Source of the DNA: an uncultured Acidimicrobiales bacterium
Lineage (GTDB): Bacteria > Actinomycetota > Acidimicrobiia > Acidimicrobiales > UBA10347
NCBI GenBank assembly: GCA_943788915.1
Contig: CALSSD010000003.1
Location: forward strand, 496,479-516,478
Direction: 5' to 3'
DNA length: 20,000 bases
In this document: positions 17,746-20,000 of the stretch, in pieces
Position numbering within the stretch: position 1 is the first letter of the stretch
Layout: every line of letters starts with the position of its first letter
Translations under genes and position numbers: made by a program
Notes under the pieces: generated by a model
Told to the model about the DNA's origin: nothing
Database searches by the model: none
Seen by the model: only the letters and a program-made list of their open reading frames with translations

Positions 17746-18976
17746 TTACCCCTCGAAGACGAGTAACGAGTTGTCGTCTGGAACATCGTTTAGCCGCAAC
17801 GGCAGTACTCGGCCGTCGTTCGGATATACGACCGAGAGAAGGTCGCCCGCCACGATCGCAACGAATGAACTGTCGGGTGCCCAATCAACTGCGGTGACAT
17901 CACCCTCCAATGTCAGCGCTTGGCGTGGGGCACCAAGCTTGTGGACAACAATCGTGTCATCGACGGCGGCGACGACCCACTTCCCATCGGGACTGACCGT
18001 GAATCCCGTGCCGGCTTCGAAGGGCAACGGGGTGACTGACCCTTGATCATCCTTGCTGAAGTAGGCGCACGTTAACGAGTCATCACAGGCCTCATACACC
18101 GTCCCGTGCAAGCTGGCCGCAACAGCACGTGCGTCGCTAATCCTGGTAAGACTCGAGGCAACCCCAGATAGCTCAAAGGTTCCGCCGGTGCGAGGCATCA
18201 CCAAGGGACCTCGGCCTTGCGCCCACAACAGTCCCGCCCCTTCGGGAAGCTGCACACTGGGCACAGGGAGCGCCGAGGACATCAAGCTGATGGCGGACTG
18301 ATCATCAGGCCGGATGATTGCGATCGTTCCCGGACGCTCAGATACGACGACGACATAACTGTTTGAGACCAGATAGTTGCGTTCGCGATCGATGGGATTG
18401 ACTGCCCAGGTTCGTCCATCATTGGTGAGTAACGCGAGGTTGGAGACCGTCTCGAATTCAACCGCTATCTCCAACTCGGGCAGGGTGATGCCCCGATGGT
18501 CAAGCACCACAAAATCGTCAGTCGAAACATAGGCGATGCCATAACGACTGCCGTCGCTGTTGATATCGGTCTCAAACAACGAGGCAATCTCGTCGGCCCG
18601 CAGGTGTTCCGCGCTGGGGGGCTCAAAACCAGGGTGCACGCTCGGCAACGACCGGGGGCGGCTCAGCTGGCATCACGTCGAGGGCGTCGGTGCCTCTGGC
18701 GAGATCGCTTCGACTCGGTTCGTCCTCGCAGCGACCGGCCTGTCGTCGGTCATCTGCGGAACCAGCGAGCAGCGCTCCGAGCGCACTACCAACCAGACCT
18801 GCGGCGAGGAACACGCCGGTGCGTTTGTCCTTTGGGTCTCGGCTACCACGCCGGGCCCGCTGCAAATCCCGCCGGTCAGGCGATTCCGGCCCGGCCGTAG
18901 ACCCAATATCAGGGCCAAGGTCAGGCCCACTGCCGTCGTGGATCGGCCCAAGATCGAAGATCGGTTTGTCGGCCAC
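17746..18976 (-). CDS. Membrane-anchored hypothetical protein with a beta-propeller-like C-terminus; one +1 frameshift at ~18625-18628
   Basis: GTG 18976 gives 'MADKPIFDLG...', a TM segment 'GVFLAAGLVGSALGALLAG', then '...APWF'. Removing one T of TTTT continues into 'EPPSAEHL...' with WD40/TolB-like 'VSPDGKWV' and 'VDWAPDSSFVA'. About 409 aa restored. Confidence 0.65.
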
Positions 18977-19046
18977 GTGGGCAATTGGTAGCACAGGAAA
19001 CGGCCCACGCGTTGGTGGAATGGATGTTGACTTGGGGATACGCCGA

Positions 19047-19086
19047 CCTTGTGACCTGGGACACAAGGAGCTACGGCTGCTATGTT
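19047..19086 (+). promoter_or_regulatory. Candidate CRP/GlxR-like site and extended -10 upstream of the ABC ATPase
   Basis: CCTTGTG-N8-CACAAGG inverted repeat containing TGTGA-N6-ACACA (19050-19065), and TGcTATGTT at 19078-19086. Confidence 0.4.
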
Positions 19087-19229
19087 GTCTAGTGCCGATG
19101 CCACAGGTATTGGTGTGAATAAAAGGGATCACACAATCAGCTATTTCATCGTTTCTCGACAACGTGCCTACACGCTTGCCGCGTGTCTGCCTCGTGCCAC
19201 CAGTCAACTAATGACCTGGGGGCAGTCCA

Positions 19230-20000
19230 GTGACTGAACCCATCGTCCGACTCGAACACGTTTTTAAGATCTTCGGTAGCCAACCACGGGGCCGAGCACT
19301 TGAGCTCGCCAAGGCCGGTGTCGGCAAAAACGACGTGCAGGCCGCAACCGGCCATGTCGTCGGCATGTCGAACGTCAACTTTGAGGTGTACCCCGGCGAA
19401 ATCTTCGTCATCATGGGATTGTCAGGATCAGGCAAGTCAACTGCCATCCGCACGGTCAACAAACTCCACGACATCACCTACGGCAAGGTGTGGTTTGAAG
19501 ACATCGACGTACAGTCGCTGTCCGGCACCGATTTGCAGGACTTCCGCCGCGAGAAGATGAGCATGGTGTTCCAGCACTTCGCGCTCTTCCCACATCGTTC
19601 CGTGATCGACAACGCCGGCTACGGCCTGAAGGTCAAGGGCGTCGATAAAGCAGAACGAGACACCCGCTCCATGGTCGCGCTCGACTTGGTTGGGCTCGGT
19701 GCCTTCGCAAAGTCCTACCCCCACGAACTCTCCGGCGGCATGCAACAACGAGTCGGTCTGGCTCGTGCCCTTGCTGCCGACACGCCAGTAATGCTGATGG
19801 ACGAAGCGTTCTCGGCGCTCGATCCCCTCATTCGTCGTCAGATGCAAGACGAGATGATGGAGATTCAAGTCGAACTGAAGAAGACCATTATTTTCATTAC
19901 CCACGATCTCAACGAGGCCCTCCGCATCGGCGACCGGGTGTGCATCATGAAGGACGGCGAAGTCGTACAGATCGGCACTCCCGAGCAAATCCTGACCCAG
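19230..20000 (+). CDS. proV: Glycine betaine/choline/proline ABC transporter ATP-binding subunit (ProV/OpuAA type), 3'-truncated by the window
   Basis: My own translation from GTG 19230: 'MTEPIVRLEHVFKIFG', Walker A 'GEIFVIMGLSGSGKST', 'MVFQHFALFPH', 'LSGGMQQRVGLARAL', Walker B 'LMDEAFSALDPLIR' and 'FITHDLNEA'. It is absent from the ORF track because no stop falls in the window. Confidence 0.92.
   Translation, partial: MTEPIVRLEHVFKIFGSQPRGRALELAKAGVGKNDVQAATGHVVGMSNVNFEVYPGEIFVIMGLSGSGKSTAIRTVNKLHDITYGKVWFEDIDVQSLSGTDLQDFRREKMSMVFQHFALFPHRSVIDNAGYGLKVKGVDKAERDTRSMVALDLVGLGAFAKSYPHELSGGMQQRVGLARALAADTPVMLMDEAFSALDPLIRRQMQDEMMEIQVELKKTIIFITHDLNEALRIGDRVCIMKDGEVVQIGTPEQILTQ

Noticed and set aside
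19437..19988. 183-aa minus-strand ORF and other long antisense ORFs
   Set aside because: These are shadow ORFs of real genes in GC-rich DNA. Here the + strand encodes a clear ABC ATPase.

Overview
GC-rich actinobacterial chromosomal segment, probably Acidimicrobiia-like (inferred from the gene families and pervasive leaderless promoters). The left part carries the 3' end of an indolepyruvate:ferredoxin oxidoreductase-family gene, an APH-family phosphotransferase, a tandem-CMD protein, a doubly frameshifted DHA2-type MFS gene and an HtrA-like lipoprotein protease with a duplicated acidic C-terminal domain. From ~7.2 kb to the end is a choline/quaternary-amine utilisation neighbourhood: betC, a vapBC-type TA pair, betA, a TauD dioxygenase, a divergent PhyH dioxygenase, a 5'-truncated BBOX/TmpA-like dioxygenase coupled to a non-canonical PhnZ/TmpB-like HD protein, an LLM oxidoreductase, an MFS, a LysR, and the start of a ProV/OpuAA-type ABC ATPase that the ORF track missed. 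The best candidate for an undescribed system is the Fe/2OG dioxygenase + HD-oxygenase module next to betA/betC. No CRISPR array, rRNA, tRNA or transposase was seen.
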